A stretch of DNA of 64,000 nucleotides, from assembly GCA_024679065.1 (NCBI GenBank), contig JAGIQG010000043.1, forward strand, positions 1,054,001 to 1,118,000, read 5' to 3'. This DNA comes from Sphyrna mokarran (lineage: Eukaryota). Of this stretch, positions 11,396 to 25,929 are shown one piece after another. Position 1 is the first letter of the stretch. Each line of letters starts with the position of its first letter. The notes under the pieces were generated by a model, which was not told the DNA's origin, ran no database searches, and was given only the letters and a program-made list of their open reading frames with translations. Made by a program: the position numbers and the translations under genes.

Positions 11396-12329
11396 TCAGA
11401 GTAAATACATGGGATTTCGGGGATAGCGCCTTGGTGGGATGTGGGCCGTGCGCACTCGAAGTACCGAAAGACCTCCTTTTGCACTGCAGGGGTTCGATCA
11501 TCTGTATTCTGTGATCTATGGTCTGATTTCATTCATTATTATCACGTGTATTAGTATGCACTGAAACGTGTTTTTTTTTCTCATGTCTTATATGGACAAA
11601 ACTAGCCGTTCATAGAATACATGGGGGAGAAGGAAATGAAAGGATGCAGGATAAACTTTTCCAGTATGGCTCAGGTGTACAGAAAGATCAGCTTAAAATA
11701 TGGCAGGCGCATCCAAAACGCTGTTGGCAGGCAAGCAGGGAAGATGCTGTTTCGGAGACTGTTGATACGTGGTTTCAGAATTTTCTATTGTATTATCCGC
11801 GGCAAAAAGTTGGAAGAATGTGGAACACACTAGAACAGGAAATGAGTGAGATGAAATGAATTCAATGGAAAAGCGGTGGGAAGGCAGCAGGGAGAAAAAA
11901 GAAAGAACGCTGTGTTGAGAGGGTGATAGGAAGAAGCATTATGATGAGATATGTATGAAATATTAATTACGGCACCGAGCTGATGGGCCGAATGATCCCC
12001 TTCTGTCATTTGCACCTTACGCATTGTAATATATGAATATGTGCAAGGCACACTAAACATAAACCAAGAGGGATCCCAAACAATTTAGGAAGAAATTTTA
12101 TTTTTGGGGATTTATGAGCGTGCTTGATGTAACAAATGCGTTCTGCAAAATACAATGCTTTTGCAATGTTTTTAATAAGTTCTATTCTCGTGAGGGATGT
12201 TGCTTTTGTTTCCAGGTGAGATTTCGATTGATTGTGTTTTGGCTTTGTTAAGGTTTGTGCTATCTGTGGAGTGTCAGTAGTTGGTGTTGATGCCTGGAGT
12301 TCAAATAAATCAAAATCTCTTGATTATGG

Positions 12330-13775
12330 AGCACGTTGGGAAGGGGGAAAGCTGGAAGACCATACGGCATGGGAGCAGAGTTCGGCCACTCGGCCCATTG
12401 AGGCTGCTCCGCCATTCATTCTTGTTTCATCCCCATTCTCCCGCCTAATCCACTTATTAATCAAGAATCAATCTGTTTGTGTCTTCAAGGAACTCAACGA
12501 CCTGACCTCCACAGTTTTCTGTGGGAAATAGTTCCACAGATTCACAATGCTCTGGCTGAAGAAATCACTCGACATCTCTGATCTAAGGTCCTTCAGTCTG
12601 AGGTCTAGTTCGAGCTTTCCTACTGGTGGAAACATCGTGTCCACTACAACGGCCCCCCAATATCATTTAAGTGCCAAAAAGATGGAACATAGAATTTAGA
12701 ACATTACAGCACAGTACAGGCCCTTTGGCCCTCGATGTTGCGCCGACCAATCAAACTAATGTTATGACCCTCTAACCTAAATTAGTCCAATGTTATCCAT
12801 ATGCCTATCCAATGGCCATTTAAACGCCCTTAATCTTAGCGAGTCCACAACTGCTGCAGGGATCACCCCTCATCCTTCTGAACTCCAAAGAGTTCACACC
12901 TAGAGTCCTCAACATTTCCTCATAGCACAAGCTTATTATTCCAGAGATAATTCGCATGAAACTCCTCCGGAACCTTTGTAAGACAGCATATCCTTCCTTA
13001 AATATGGGACCAACAATGCTCACAATACTCCAAAAGTGGTCAGACCACAGCCATATCCAGTCTCAGAAGTGCATCCCTGATCTTGTATTTTATCCCACTC
13101 GAAATAGACACGAACAAGTCTTTTGCCTTTCTGACTATTAAATGAAGCTACACGTTAACCCGAAAAAAAGCTTGAAAAAGGACTGTCAAAGCTCGTGTTT
13201 TTTTTTCTGATTTCTGAAGCGTTTCCTCATTTAGGAAACAGCCTCTGCCTCCATTCCTCCTTCGAAAGTGCATAACGGCACATTTTGTCACATTGTATTC
13301 CAGTCACTGCTTCTATTGCCACTCTCTTAACCAATCCGTCATTCTGCAGCTCTCTTCCCCCGCTTCATCCACACTACTTGACCCTCTACATATCTTTGTA
13401 TCCTCTGCAAACTTAACAACAGTGCTTTCAGTTCCTTCTTCCAAATCGTTAATGTATATTGTGAAAGTTTGTCATGCCAGCACCGAACTCTGAGGCACAG
13501 CATTAGTCACCGGCTGCCATCCTGAAAAAAGTTTCTTTCATATTCAATCTCTGCCTTCTGCCAGCCAGCCAGTCTTCTATCCATGCAAAGATGTTACTCT
13601 ATCACTCAGCCAGTTGAAAAATTCGCTGGGTCCCATGAGCTGTTATTTTCTTCAACAGCTTCTCATGTGAACCGTTTCAAAATTCTTATTGAAATCCATG
13701 TCACTGCCCGCGACTACTTACCTAGTCACCTCCTCAAATTAAAACAGTCGAAGTCGTGTGGCATGATTTCCCGTT
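12330..13775 (-). mobile_element. Degenerate CR1-clade LINE with a younger LINE tail nested at about 12685-12860 (mirror 58567-60012, plus)
   Basis: IYINDLEEG..VKFAEDTK remnant; nested AGAACATTACAGCACAG tail. Confidence 0.7.
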
Positions 13776-14014
13776 GAGAGAAAAAAAACATGCTGAGAAT
13801 CCTTTTCTTAATCTTTACCTCCCCAAATGGAAATTAGTTCTGTCACTCAAACTTTTTTCCCTCCAGTTTCCTTACCAAAAGAGCTCGGCTCAATAGTCTT
13901 TAATTCTTTCATTCTTCTCCGGACAATAACATCTGTTTTGTCAACCAGCACCGAACATGTTTTTTTTTATTAATTCCCTTTTCAATACTGAAGTTCCAGA
14001 TCAGAGAGCTTGGC

Positions 14015-17000
14015 AAAGAACAACAAAGAACAAAGAGCAACACAGCACGGGAAACAGGCCCTTCGGCCCAACGAGCCCGCGCCGCCGTCCTAACGTCTTA
14101 ATGACATATCCATGACTTTAGCTATGCCTATTGTGGAACATTCCCATATAGGGACCAATATACGGACAATTTGTTACCCAATCAGCGTAAGAGCACATTT
14201 TTGGGATGTGGGAGGAAACCGGAGCACCCAGAGAAAACCCACGCGACCACGGGGAGAACGCGCAAACTCCTGCAGACACAGGCCCAAATCCATGTATCTG
14301 TACAGCAACAGCGATAGTCTCTGAGCTGTCATGTTGCCCATCAGATGGTCCAGTTTAAGCATACACTAACGACTTGAAGCACTAGGCCACTCCTGAAGTA
14401 ACATCCAAGAGCAGCCCTCGCACGACCTGCCGTATGCTTGCACCTTGTTGGTCAACAAGGTGGACCGAATTGCCTGTGGAATCAAATAAGATATTTAGAC
14501 AGTCCTGCTATATCCCTCTATCTGCAGAACGCTCATGTGGCTGTCCAAGAGACCCTTAAACAACCCTAGCGTGCCTGCTCCCACCACCTTACTCGGCAGT
14601 GCATTCCACACCCCCACTACCCTTTGTGAGAAAAACTGCCCTCTAATATTCGTCTTATACATAGCCCCCCTCACCCTAAGGCCATGACCCCTTGTTCTAT
14701 CCATTTCTAATGGTGGAAAAAGCTTACCACCATTTACTCTATCTATACCCCTTATAATCTTATATACCTCTAATAGATCCCCTCACAGCCGACGTCTTTC
14801 AAGGGAAAACAACCCCAGTGTGTTCAATCTTTCCTCGTAAGACAGCCCTTCCATACCAGGCAGCATCCTGGTAAATCTCTTCTGCACTCACTCCAAGGCC
14901 TCCACGTCCTTCCGGTAGTACGGCGACCAGAACTGGACGCAGTACTCCAAGTGAGGCCTAACCAACGTTCTATACACTTGCAACATCACACTCCTACTCT
15001 TGTATTCTATACCCCTTCCTATGAAGGCTAACATACCATACGCTATCTTTATCACATTCTCCACCTGTACTGACACCTTCAGAGACTTCTGAACCTGCAC
15101 CCCCAGGTCTCTCTGCGTCTCTATACTCCGGATAGTTTTACATTTTATCCTATAACTCCCCTCTACATTATTCCTGCCAAAATGCATCAGCTCACATTTA
15201 TTCGGATTAAATTCCATTTGTCATCTATCTGCCCAATCTACCAGCCTATCTATGTCCTGTTGTATTGTCTGGCACTGCTCCTCAGTACCCGCCAATCCAA
15301 GCATCTTAGTGTCATCAGCAAATTTGCTGATCACAACACCTACCCCCTCTTCCAAGTCATTTATGTAAACCACAAATAGAATAGGTCCTCGTACTGAGCC
15401 CTGTGGCACATCACTAGTGACTGACCTCCAGTTGGAAAAATAGCCTTCCACTACTACACGCTGTCTCCTCCTCCCAAGCCAGTTCTCAACTCACCTACAT
15501 ACCTAGCCCTGTATCCCATGCGCCTTAATCTTTTCTATCAGCCTACCATGAGGAACCTTGTCAAACGCTTCATTTACTGAAATCCATGTAGACGACATCA
15601 ACGGCTTGTCGTTTTTGTCACCTCTTCAAAAAATTCCACTAGATTCGTAAGGCACGACCTCCCCTTAACGAAGCCATGCTGCGTATCCCTGATCAGATTG
15701 CAGCGCTGAAGATGCTCATACATCCTGTCCCTGAAGATCCTCTCCATTAGCTTACCTATAACTGAAGTCAAGCTCACCGGCCTATAGTTCCCTGGGTTAT
15801 CCCTCTGTACCGTCGTAATGATTATTTCCTTTAAGGGGTCCTCAAATTTCTCAAAGCCGGAACCAGACATCAGGCCCCTTTCCTGCATGAATACAGACGC
15901 AAAGTATTCATTCAGGATCTCCCCCATTCCCTAAGGTCCAATCTTTCCTCTAACCATCTTTTTGCTCCTTACACAGGAGTAAAATGCCTTAGGATTTTCC
16001 TTAATCCTACCTGCCAAAGCCATTTCGTGGCCCCTTTTTGCCTTTCTGACACCCCTTTAAAGATCCCGTCTACACTCTCTATATTCTTCCAGCGCTGTCT
16101 CTGTCCCCAGTTGCCTAGGTCTAACGTACGCCTCCCGCTTCTTCCTGACTAAGCCCTCAATATCCCTAGTTACCCACGGTTCTCTAATCCTACCTTTCCC
16201 ATCCTTACTCCTTACCGGCACTTGTCTTTCCTGCAAAGATTTTAGTTTTCCCTTGAAAGGCTCCCACATGTACAGCGTCGACCTACCCTCGAACAGCTTA
16301 TCTCAGTCTGTATCCTTAAGATCCTGCCTAATCTGGCTGTGTCTAGCCCTCCCCCAGTTTAACACCCTCCCGTTAAGGAAGGCTTCATCATTTTCCATTA
16401 ATATCCTAAAGCAGACAGAGTTGTGGTCACTATTTGACACATGCTCTCCTACTACAACGTCAACCACCTGCCCTGGCTCATTCCCCAGAACCAAATCCAG
16501 CATAGCCCCCTCTGTAGTCGGGCTATCCACATACTGCTCCAAGGACCCTTCCAAAACACAGTGTACAAATTTCTCCCCGTCCACACCTTCCGCTCTGAGC
16601 ACCTTCCAATCTACCGCAGGGAAATTGAAATCTCCCCCTACAACCAGCCTATTCTTCCTACACTTATCTAAAATGTCCCTGCATATCCCTTCTTCCACGG
16701 CCCGCGGGCTGTTGGACGGTCTGTAGTACACACCCAACATAGCAACCACTCCCTTCCTATTCCTCAACTCCACCCATAGCGACTCAATTCCTAAATCATC
16801 CATACCACCCTCCCTCTGCACTGCTATGATGTGATCCTTAACTAATAACGCCACTCCCCCTTCTCTCTTCAAACCACCTCTGTCATGCCTAAAACACTTA
16901 TAGCTTGGAATATTCAATTGCCAGTCCTGCCCCTCCTTTAATCACGTCTCAGTCACCGCCACCACTTCTAACTTCCTCGTGAACATTATTACCTTCAGTT

Positions 17001-18075
17001 CATCTGTTTTGCCAGTCACATTCCTCGCATTAAAACACATGCACTGAAGACCCTCAGGCCCTCTCTGATCCTCCTTCCTACCCTCTGGACTTACCCTGTC
17101 ACCCATCTCTCTCCCTCTCCCAGTTCCCTCTGTCTCCCCACCCACCCTCCATATTAGTTTAAACCCTGCCAAAACACTCCAGCTAACCTCCCAGCTAAAA
17201 TATGGGTGCCCTTCCTAGACAACTGTTCCCCGTCCCTCTTGTATAGATGCCCCTCCCTCATGAAGAATTCCCAATGGTCTATGAATCTGAAACTCTCTGC
17301 CCTACACCAATCCCTCAACTACGCATTTAGTTGGAGTACCTCATTATTCCTAACTCTATCAGTCCCGGGCATTGGCAGCAGCCCAGAGAATGCCACCCTG
17401 GAGGCCCTACACTTCAGCCGATCCCCTAACTCCCTGAACTGCCTACGTATGTGCCCCCTGCACTTTGTTCCTACATCCTTCTCTCCTACGTGAACTATTA
17501 CATCAGCCTTAGACCCTCCACCCTTCAAAATTCCCTCTACCCTCTCTGAAACATCCTGGACCCCTGCTCCAGGAAGGCAGACTACCATCCTGGAGTCCCG
17601 CATTTGCCCACAGAACCGCCTGTCGATCCCTTTGACCTTAACTCCCCCACCACCATCTCACATCCCGCATTCCTGCCGTCCTCCGGGGCATTCTGATCCC
17701 CCTCCGTTGCCCTCTCTACCTCAGCTTTTGCCCTACCCTTGATATTCTGGGATGCCTCCTCTGAGGTGATCTTAATGCCGTGACTCCTTTTCTTTTTCCA
17801 CTTCCTATCTGTAACCCACCCATCCCTCCTCCTAGGCCCTGGGGTCCCCTCAGGACTATGGTCCCTATTCATTATCCCCTCATTCTCTCTGACTAAAAAC
17901 ATATCTTCCAATCTCAGCTCCAGCTGCCTCACCCGAGCCCTCAAACGTTGCAACTCTAAACTCTTTGTGCAAATGTGGGCTTTCGGGAGACGTGCTGCAT
18001 CCAAGAATGCCCACATATGGCAACGAACACAGTGGACGCGTTTATTCAAGGACCCTGACATTTTCTAGACCCCCT
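14015..18075 (-). mobile_element. Near full-length but decayed CR1 LINE (ORF1 zinc finger/zipper plus esterase; ORF2 APE plus RT)
   Basis: ORF1 CVRCHMW..LRARVRQLE and VCLPGAGVQD..VHVG; APE FNAR..VTET, GDFNFP, SDH; RT FADD; internal stops and one internal deletion. Confidence 0.9.
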
Positions 18076-21000
18076 TTAGCGTATTGAACACAGCTTGGCG
18101 TATTGAAATATTACTGAGTGACTTTAAACCACATCAGGAGCAATAAAGCTTCACAATGCCTTGTAAAAATTCCATTTTCACCTTCAAATATATGGTTTTG
18201 ATTATCCTAAGCTGTTTTCTTTACAAGAACGAGAGAAGTTTCAGCCATTTCGAGGGAAATCTGATATTGAAAACACAAAATCAGTTTAATGTGAATCCCT
18301 CACTCTCCCGTCAAATATCAGTTTGTACTTTTAAAGTCATTTTGTAATTATTTATGTTGACCACCTATGAAAGAAATATACTTTACAATATTCGCTGGAA
18401 ACATTTGCACTGAAGTGATACAGCTCCACCTATGGGCAAATTCGTATTTGCACGAGGGCCATGAGAAAGGAGGTCAGGAAACATTTGATACGATTGACTG
18501 AAGCGTTAGTCATTCGGCAGCCAGATGTTATACCTCAATAATATATTCCCCGTGATTTTAGTTCGCTTGAATTCTGAGCCAAGATTTAGCACTTCTGCCT
18601 TACAGCGTCAACAATCCAGGTTTGATCCCCCCTTGGGTCACTGTCTGTGTCGGTGTTTTCTCTGGGTGCTCCCGTTCTGTTCAACAGTCGAAATACTAGG
18701 TGAATTGGCTATGCAAATTCTCTCTCAGTTAATGCGAATATGTGTCGGAGTATGGTGAGTCACAGCTGTTGGAATTTGAAAAATTGCAACATGTTTCTTG
18801 TTGAGGAGGTGAATACAAGTTACAAAACAGGTATCTGAAGTGAAAATAAAGATCAGCCACAATGTGACTACAAGATAGAATATTCTCGAGTTACTGAATA
18901 TATCCCCTCTCCGATGTTTGAGACCACGTGACATTGTCTCTTGGGCAAGCACTGAAATGAAGTACTGTTTTCCTGACTCGGGTTTGCAGGTCAGATATAA
19001 CAAAGTTTCATTTTCTATGCCCTTGCACTGATTGCAATGCCGGATTTTGTTTTCTATCCCTGAAACGAGCGATTCGCTGGTACTGTTCTGGTATCTGAGA
19101 TAGGCAATACCAGATATAGACGGTTAGTCACCTGCGGGGGAAAAAAAATACAGTGATCGATCACATTGTCATGTTCACCATTGATTAAATTCGATTTTAA
19201 TATAATTCGTTAATTAATTTCATTTACATTTATCCATCTGTCGGGCTTGTATTTGCAATTATCCATCTTGAAATAATGACTAACACTTGCCACTCAAGTG
19301 AGTGTCTCTTAGTGAATATTTTCGGCTGGTGTGGGACAACTCTATAGTTCCTAACACACAGTGGACATTGTGATTCCCTCTGCATCGGTTGGACACCTCG
19401 ACTCTCTCCAGGTGGCCTCCATTTAAGACATGAAGTGCTTCCATCTTGCGGTCCTGCATGTCTCTGGCCTTTCCAAAATTGATTATGCTTGCATGTGAAC
19501 AGAAACAAAAAACGTCTGAGATTTTTTGAACAGTGGTCGTGGACTCATCCACTTCCCAGAGGAGCAGAACCTCCCAACGGATATATTGATGATTGTTTCC
19601 CATGATCAGCTGCAAACCATTCATTCTTTCACCATGAAATTCTGATTATAAAAAGTAGGTATTGGCTTCATTTTCTGCGTGGCTTACTCGCTCAGTGTTC
19701 TAACCCTACAATTCCGCTCTTCCAGGGGATGACTGATGCAAAGGGATGCAGCACCACCGAGGACGATACAATATTCGTGGGCTGCGGTAACTCAGAGGAC
19801 TGGAAGGACTGTTGAAAATGCACTTTTTCAGAGAGCACCGGCTGCTGTTAAAAATGGCGAACGATAAACTTCAGAACGGTGCGAATTATGGCTCAACGTT
19901 TGCTCCTCATAAGGTAAGACCCTCAGTCTGCAACGTTAAATATTTACTAGCGCCTGCCAAATACACATGAAAACTCGCCCCAATTATGTTGAAAAGGCAA
20001 TCTTACTCAATTCAGCAACAGGACTGTTTCTGGAATGAATTCGAATGGGCACAGGAGGCAGCAGAATGTTGCATTGAATTAATTCCAAACACCCTACTAT
20101 ATTTTGTTTTAAGAAAACACGTACCCAATGAAGAACGATTCAAAATGCTGCAAATAACTTTGTAACGGTTTCACTCAACATATTTCTCATTATGTCTTTG
20201 TGTCATGTTTGCGTCATAATTCACCTCTTGACTAGCGGGCTGTGGGCCATCTATTCTGGGCTGACGGTTAAGTTTCACAGGAATTTCCTCCCACTTCTAC
20301 ATAACAGCCGCCAGTCTCCAACATCCTGGTAGTTATTTCTGTTGACTCCACACGAATAGAAGTAAACTGTTTGCGTCGAACCTGACTTATTTTTCATATC
20401 TTTAAAGTTTACATTGTCTCCCCTTCCCACTTTCAGCCTTGTCTTTCTTGGAGGACAAATCGTTACCAATTCAAAGCTTGCTCTGACTATTACAATTGTC
20501 AGATTAATTTTGTCCATGTTCTGACACAAACAAACATTTCTGCGTGGTATTTTTTCACCCGTGCTTTCAGACATCCGCGAACACAAGCATGTAAATATCT
20601 GACATTGCCAGCTCAACAAAAATCGCAGTATCACAAAGAAGATATTGAATTATACGTTTACTGTTTATCAAGATCAAGACAGACAAAATTTATACAGATA
20701 GAATAATAAATTGATATTCACGCTTCAACATTTGCAAAGATGTATAGTTCCTGTGAACAATTTGAGAGGTACAATTGTCTGAATATTTTCAATGGAATTC
20801 AGGAAATTTTCTTAGCCTCGCTCAATGCTTCTTCAAATTTGAAGAACACCGTTCCAATGTAATATCCAAAACACAACGTCCAATCATTTGCAGTGAAAAC
20901 TGGATCCTCCCTTTGGCGAATGCAGGGGGAAATTTCAGTTGTTTGAAGGGAATCCCTATTGGTTTCATATTGTTTCCAAGACGCTATGGGATTTTCGAGA

Positions 21001-22019
21001 AATCTTCCTTCTGGCAGGGGCGTAGTCAGGTCACACTAAAAGAATCACAAATTATAGAGACATCGTAGATTCCCTACAGAAGGTCTTCAGCCGATATATA
21101 TTTTAGATTACCCCGAACCGTCAACGCGTTGCATAACATCATAGAATGATACAGCTCAGAAAGAGACTATTTGCCAATTGAATCCATGCTGGGTTTTTGT
21201 TGGATATGTTTCTATGACCAGTTGACAGAGATGATAATTGCATATCGGAACTTTCACCCCCTAGTCCAAAAAATGGGAAAAGGAGGGCTTGCAAAGTCGG
21301 TCTGCCAAGCGCTCCCACACTCCACCTTGCTACACTTTTACGAGTCCATTTGGAACTTATTTCCCTCCACGTATTCACGTCACCTCTGAACTGATTACGA
21401 AAAATCACAAGCATACAACTCTCAAATCTTCCAACTGTGCCATTATTAAATATGGTCAAAGAACAATCTGCCTCAAATCTTCACTGTTGAAAGGCACTCC
21501 CCACAAACTGGCAATCTTTTTTGCCTTCAGTTTTTGTTCCCAACCTCTCAATCAAATGGCAACCACAATATGGTAGTTCTGATCCCATGTTTTGCGGAGT
21601 TTGGCAATAATCGTCTCGTGACTATCTTGTGGAAGAGTCACGTGCTTAGCAGTCAGAGATAATTTACTGTCTTACTGGTTAGTAAACTCCATAGAAATTT
21701 CAAATATATTCATCACATAAGATTACACTTTAATTAAAGTGCAGTTGCACTCTCTACACAGTTTATTTTGGTGAAATGTTGGCTCATGTTAGGGTATGAC
21801 AGCAGATCCGAAAAAAAAACTATCCACAGATATTGTTGCAGTCTTGAAGATATCTGCTTTCATTTTCCGTTTTAACCCTAATCACAATTAATAGGTTATT
21901 TCAGTGGCAGATGGTGCATAATATTGAAAAATGCAAAACTTTCCACTCAAGAGGAAAGATCCGAGAGTCAAGGTATTTTTCAAACTTGAAGGGTTGGGAC
22001 ATTCTGATATTCCAGTCTG

Positions 22020-22385
22020 AGCTGCACAGTGGCACTGTGGCCAGCACTGCTGCCTCGCTGCCGCGGGGATACTGCTTTAAATACATCTTTGGGTGACCCA
22101 TCTATGTGGAGTTTGCACCTTATTTCCCTTCTGCGTGGGTTTTCACCAGTACTTCAATTTCCTCCTCCACATCAAAAATGTGCTGTTGAGATCGATGACC
22201 ATTCTTATTTGCCCTTCAATGTCCGAAGATGGACAGGTTAGATTGATTTCCCCTGCCGAATTGCCCCTTCGAGTTACGAAGATTAGAAGGGTAAATACTA
22301 GGTTTACGGGAAATGGGCTTGGAGGGGGTTGCTGCCGGTGCAGCTCCGTGAGACAAATGCATAGTCGGGATTCTACGATTTTATA
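22020..22385 (+). mobile_element. Old HE1/V-SINE-like copy (mirror 49957-50322); paralogous copy at 32250-32610 (mirror 41350-41710)
   Basis: GCACAGTGG..AGCACTGCTGCCTC head and GTGGAGTTTGCAC core. Confidence 0.65.
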
Positions 22386-25300
22386 ATTCAGATAGCTTGA
22401 ATGTTCTTGTGCAGTCCAGAGGTTTATCAGAAGGTATTCAAGCAGTTTGGAAATCCATTATACGGTTCGTATTTATTGTAATGTTGGGTGTACTTCTTGA
22501 GATCGAAGAGCAAGAAATCCATGTTGCAAACAAACCGCAAGTCACTGAGATTATGCCAAGAATGCTGAGTGCCGTTTAGTTGTCTTTAACTGAGGAAAGC
22601 TGCGTTTGCATTTCAGGTAAGATTTCGATTGTTTGATTTCTGGCAGAAAAAAAGGCTTGTCCGATCTGGAGAGAGGCCTTAGAATGGATCGACATTAGTT
22701 GCAGTTCAGAAGAGTATTGTTATTAAATGATAAAATTCAAGCTGGGATCTCAGGAATAAGATTCAGAACTTGTTTGTGCCTCGCTGCGGAGTCTTGAACA
22801 GCGCGGTCATAGTCTCAAGATAAAGACTGAAATTAGCGGACAGTTCTTCATTCATAGATCTGCGAGCATTTGAGATGTTCTGCTCCAGGGAATTTTGGTT
22901 GTTCAATCGTCGGGAACATTGAAGGCAGAAATTCGCGTTCGCGAGGAATCAAGTCAATATGAAGTTAATGTCGAGTCAGATTTTAGTTGTCTGATGGAGA
23001 AGAACGTAAGTCTTTATTTAACATAATTCAGTATGTTAAACTCACGTGATTGTTACAATTCCTCGCCCTGACCACACAGTGCCGCTTGAAAATGCCTTGC
23101 CTGAGTCAGTTGTAGATGCGCCAAGTTTGGTGGCGTTTAAGAGGTTAGTAGATAATTTTATGGATGAAAAGGGAATGGATTAGTTTAGAGGGTCACTGCT
23201 TGTTCCTAATTGGTTGGCGCAACATCGAGGGCCGAAGGGCCTGTTCTGCACTGTAATGTTCTATGTTCTATGAACATGCCCATGCATTTCTCTATTATTC
23301 AGTCCTCCCGAAGGGAATTATTGCCTATTCCCTTTTCGTTTCTCCTTTTCCCTTACCTTGTCAAACACTCGACACTTTCCCATGCATAGAGTTGTGTCCA
23401 CCATTGATTCATGATGACAAGTCATTTATTTAAATCAAAAAGCCAAAAGAAGGCATGCTCAGAATGGAAAGGGGGTGGAAATTCTTATTGGTGAGGGTTC
23501 TTCACGAGTCTGATCCTGATGCAGTTCTTTGCTGGATGATGAAAATTGTGGAAACAAATGCCGCCATTGACTATCTAATTGAGAAAATGTCTGGCTGATG
23601 TCCAAAATATGGTTGGCACCAGTATTTGGTTTTGCATAGGAGAGCACAGAGTTATTAAAAAAGAGCAAACAACAAAGCAGCATGGGAAACAGGCCCTCCG
23701 AGCCAAAGAGTCCGCGCTGCCACCTCGACGTTCTCACTTCCACCCATGATCCTTGTCTATGTTTATAGAAACCTGCATTGGTATAACAATCTGCTTTGGA
23801 ACCAAATCTGTGAGACAATTCAGGGAGAATTTCTTCTGCCAATCAGCCTAAGAGCACGTCTTTGGGATGTGGGAGGAAACCGAAGCACCCGAAGAAAACC
23901 CACGTTAGCATGGGGGGGAATGTGCAAACTCCCACAGACACAGTGCCAATTCCATGTATCTGCAGAACACAGTGAGAGTCACTGAGCTGTCGTGTTGCCC
24001 ATGAACTAGTCCAGTTCCAGCCTACAGTAACGACGGGAAGTGCTAGGATACGATCGAAAAATCCAAGAGCAGCCCTCTCACGATCCATCGCGTGCATGCC
24101 CCTTGTTGGACACCAAGGTGGACCGAAATACCTGTAGGATAAAACAGAAAAAGATCAATATCATTCATAATGTGCTCCATTCTCAGGGAACTCTTAAGGC
24201 TCATGATCCCTATTTTAAATCAGTCTTCTACATCCGTCCATCCCCATTCTGTACTGTGCCCATCGAAGTATTTCAAAACTAACTCCAGCGTGCCTGCCTC
24301 CACCATCTTACTTGGCAGTGTCTTCCATACACCCACAACCCTCTGTGTGAAAAAAAAAAACTCTCTATAGCATCCGAATTATATCTTACCCCTCTCACCC
24401 TACGGCCGTGAACCCTCGTTATATTTGATTCCAACATAGGAAAACGCTTACCACTGTTTATTCTATCTGTACGCCTCATTATCGTGTACACCTCTTTTGG
24501 ATCTCCTGGCAATCTTTCGAAAAAAAATCAGCCCCAATTTGCCGACCCTCTCCTTGCAACACAGTCCTTCAATGCTATGCAGCATCCTGGTAAACCTCCT
24601 CTGCACTCTCTCTAGAGTGTCCACGTCCTTCTAGTAGTAAGATGACGAGAACTGGTTGCAATATTCCAAATGAGATCGAACCAAAATTCTATACACTTGC
24701 AACATTAAAGACCAGCTCTTGTACTCTAAATCACTTCCTATAAAGGTGAGCATATCATATGCTTTCTTCAGAACCTTCTCCACCTGCTCTGCCACCTTCA
24801 GAGACTTGTGCACCTGCACCCCCATGTCCCTCTGCGTTTCTATATTCTTAATAAGGCTACTCTTTACCATGTACCTCCGCTCTAGATTCTTTCTCCCAAA
24901 ATGCATCACCTCGCATTTATCAGGATTGAATTCCATCTGCCATCTATCTCCCAAGCTACCAGCCTATCTATATCCTGCTGTATCACCTGACAATGCTCCT
25001 CACAATCCGCAAGTCCAGCCATCTTTGTATCGTCTGCAAACTTGCTGATCACTCCACTTACTCCCTCTTCCAAGTCATTTATATATATTACAAATAGAAG
25101 TACCGAGAAATATGGTACTGAGCCCTGTAGCACAACACTAGTGACCGGCCTCTAGCTAAGAAAAAAAAACCCTTCCACTATTACTCTTTGTCTCCTATTA
25201 CCTAGCCAGTTACTTATCTATCTAGATACCTTTCTTTGTGTTCCATTAGCCTTGACCTTTTTAACTAACCTCCTATGAGGGACTTTGACCTTGCTGAAAT

Positions 25301-25929
25301 CCATGCAGACGATATAAATGGGTCGCCCTTCATCGGCGTTTTTGTCACCTCCTCAGAAAATTCTACCAGATTCGTAAGGCACGACCTCCCATGAACAAAG
25401 CCATGCTGCCTATCCCTAATCAGATCGCAAAACTCTACCTTATTTCTAAGAATCCCCTGAATCAGCTTCCCTACCACTCACGTCAAATTCACTGGCCTAT
25501 TTGAATACATTCGCATGAGTGCCTTTTCCGAGTCTTTACGTCGCTCGTCGACGTTTTTGTCTACCACTAGCAGATCCCACGCCTTGGGCTCTTGATCTTA
25601 AAGTACCACGGGTAGCACCCCAGCCGGGGTCTACTGAAGTTACCAATTGTTGCCTGCAGACCCCAGCCGGGGTCTGCCCAGGGCATATTTCGTGGCTCGC
25701 AGAGCTCCAGCCGGGGTCTACTGATGTCATTGTGGCTCGGTTGGGCACCCTGAGTGTGTTTAGGGCAGGGTGTGAGCTGGTACCGTCGCCCCCTGATCTA
25801 ATTGGGCGTTTAGAGAACCTTTGTCGGTATTTTCGGTGCTCGGTCCTCTTGCGTGAGGTGGGAAATTTAGAATTTAAGGGAAAATTTTATTCCGAATTCA
25901 GGGAAGCCAGATTAGGTGACGTGACAATT

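Noticed and set aside
20275-20480. Possible decayed Ig V exon on the minus strand (LKVGRGDNVNF..TVYFYSC)
   Set aside because: Lacks the canonical Cys, Trp and spacing; the resemblance is too weak.
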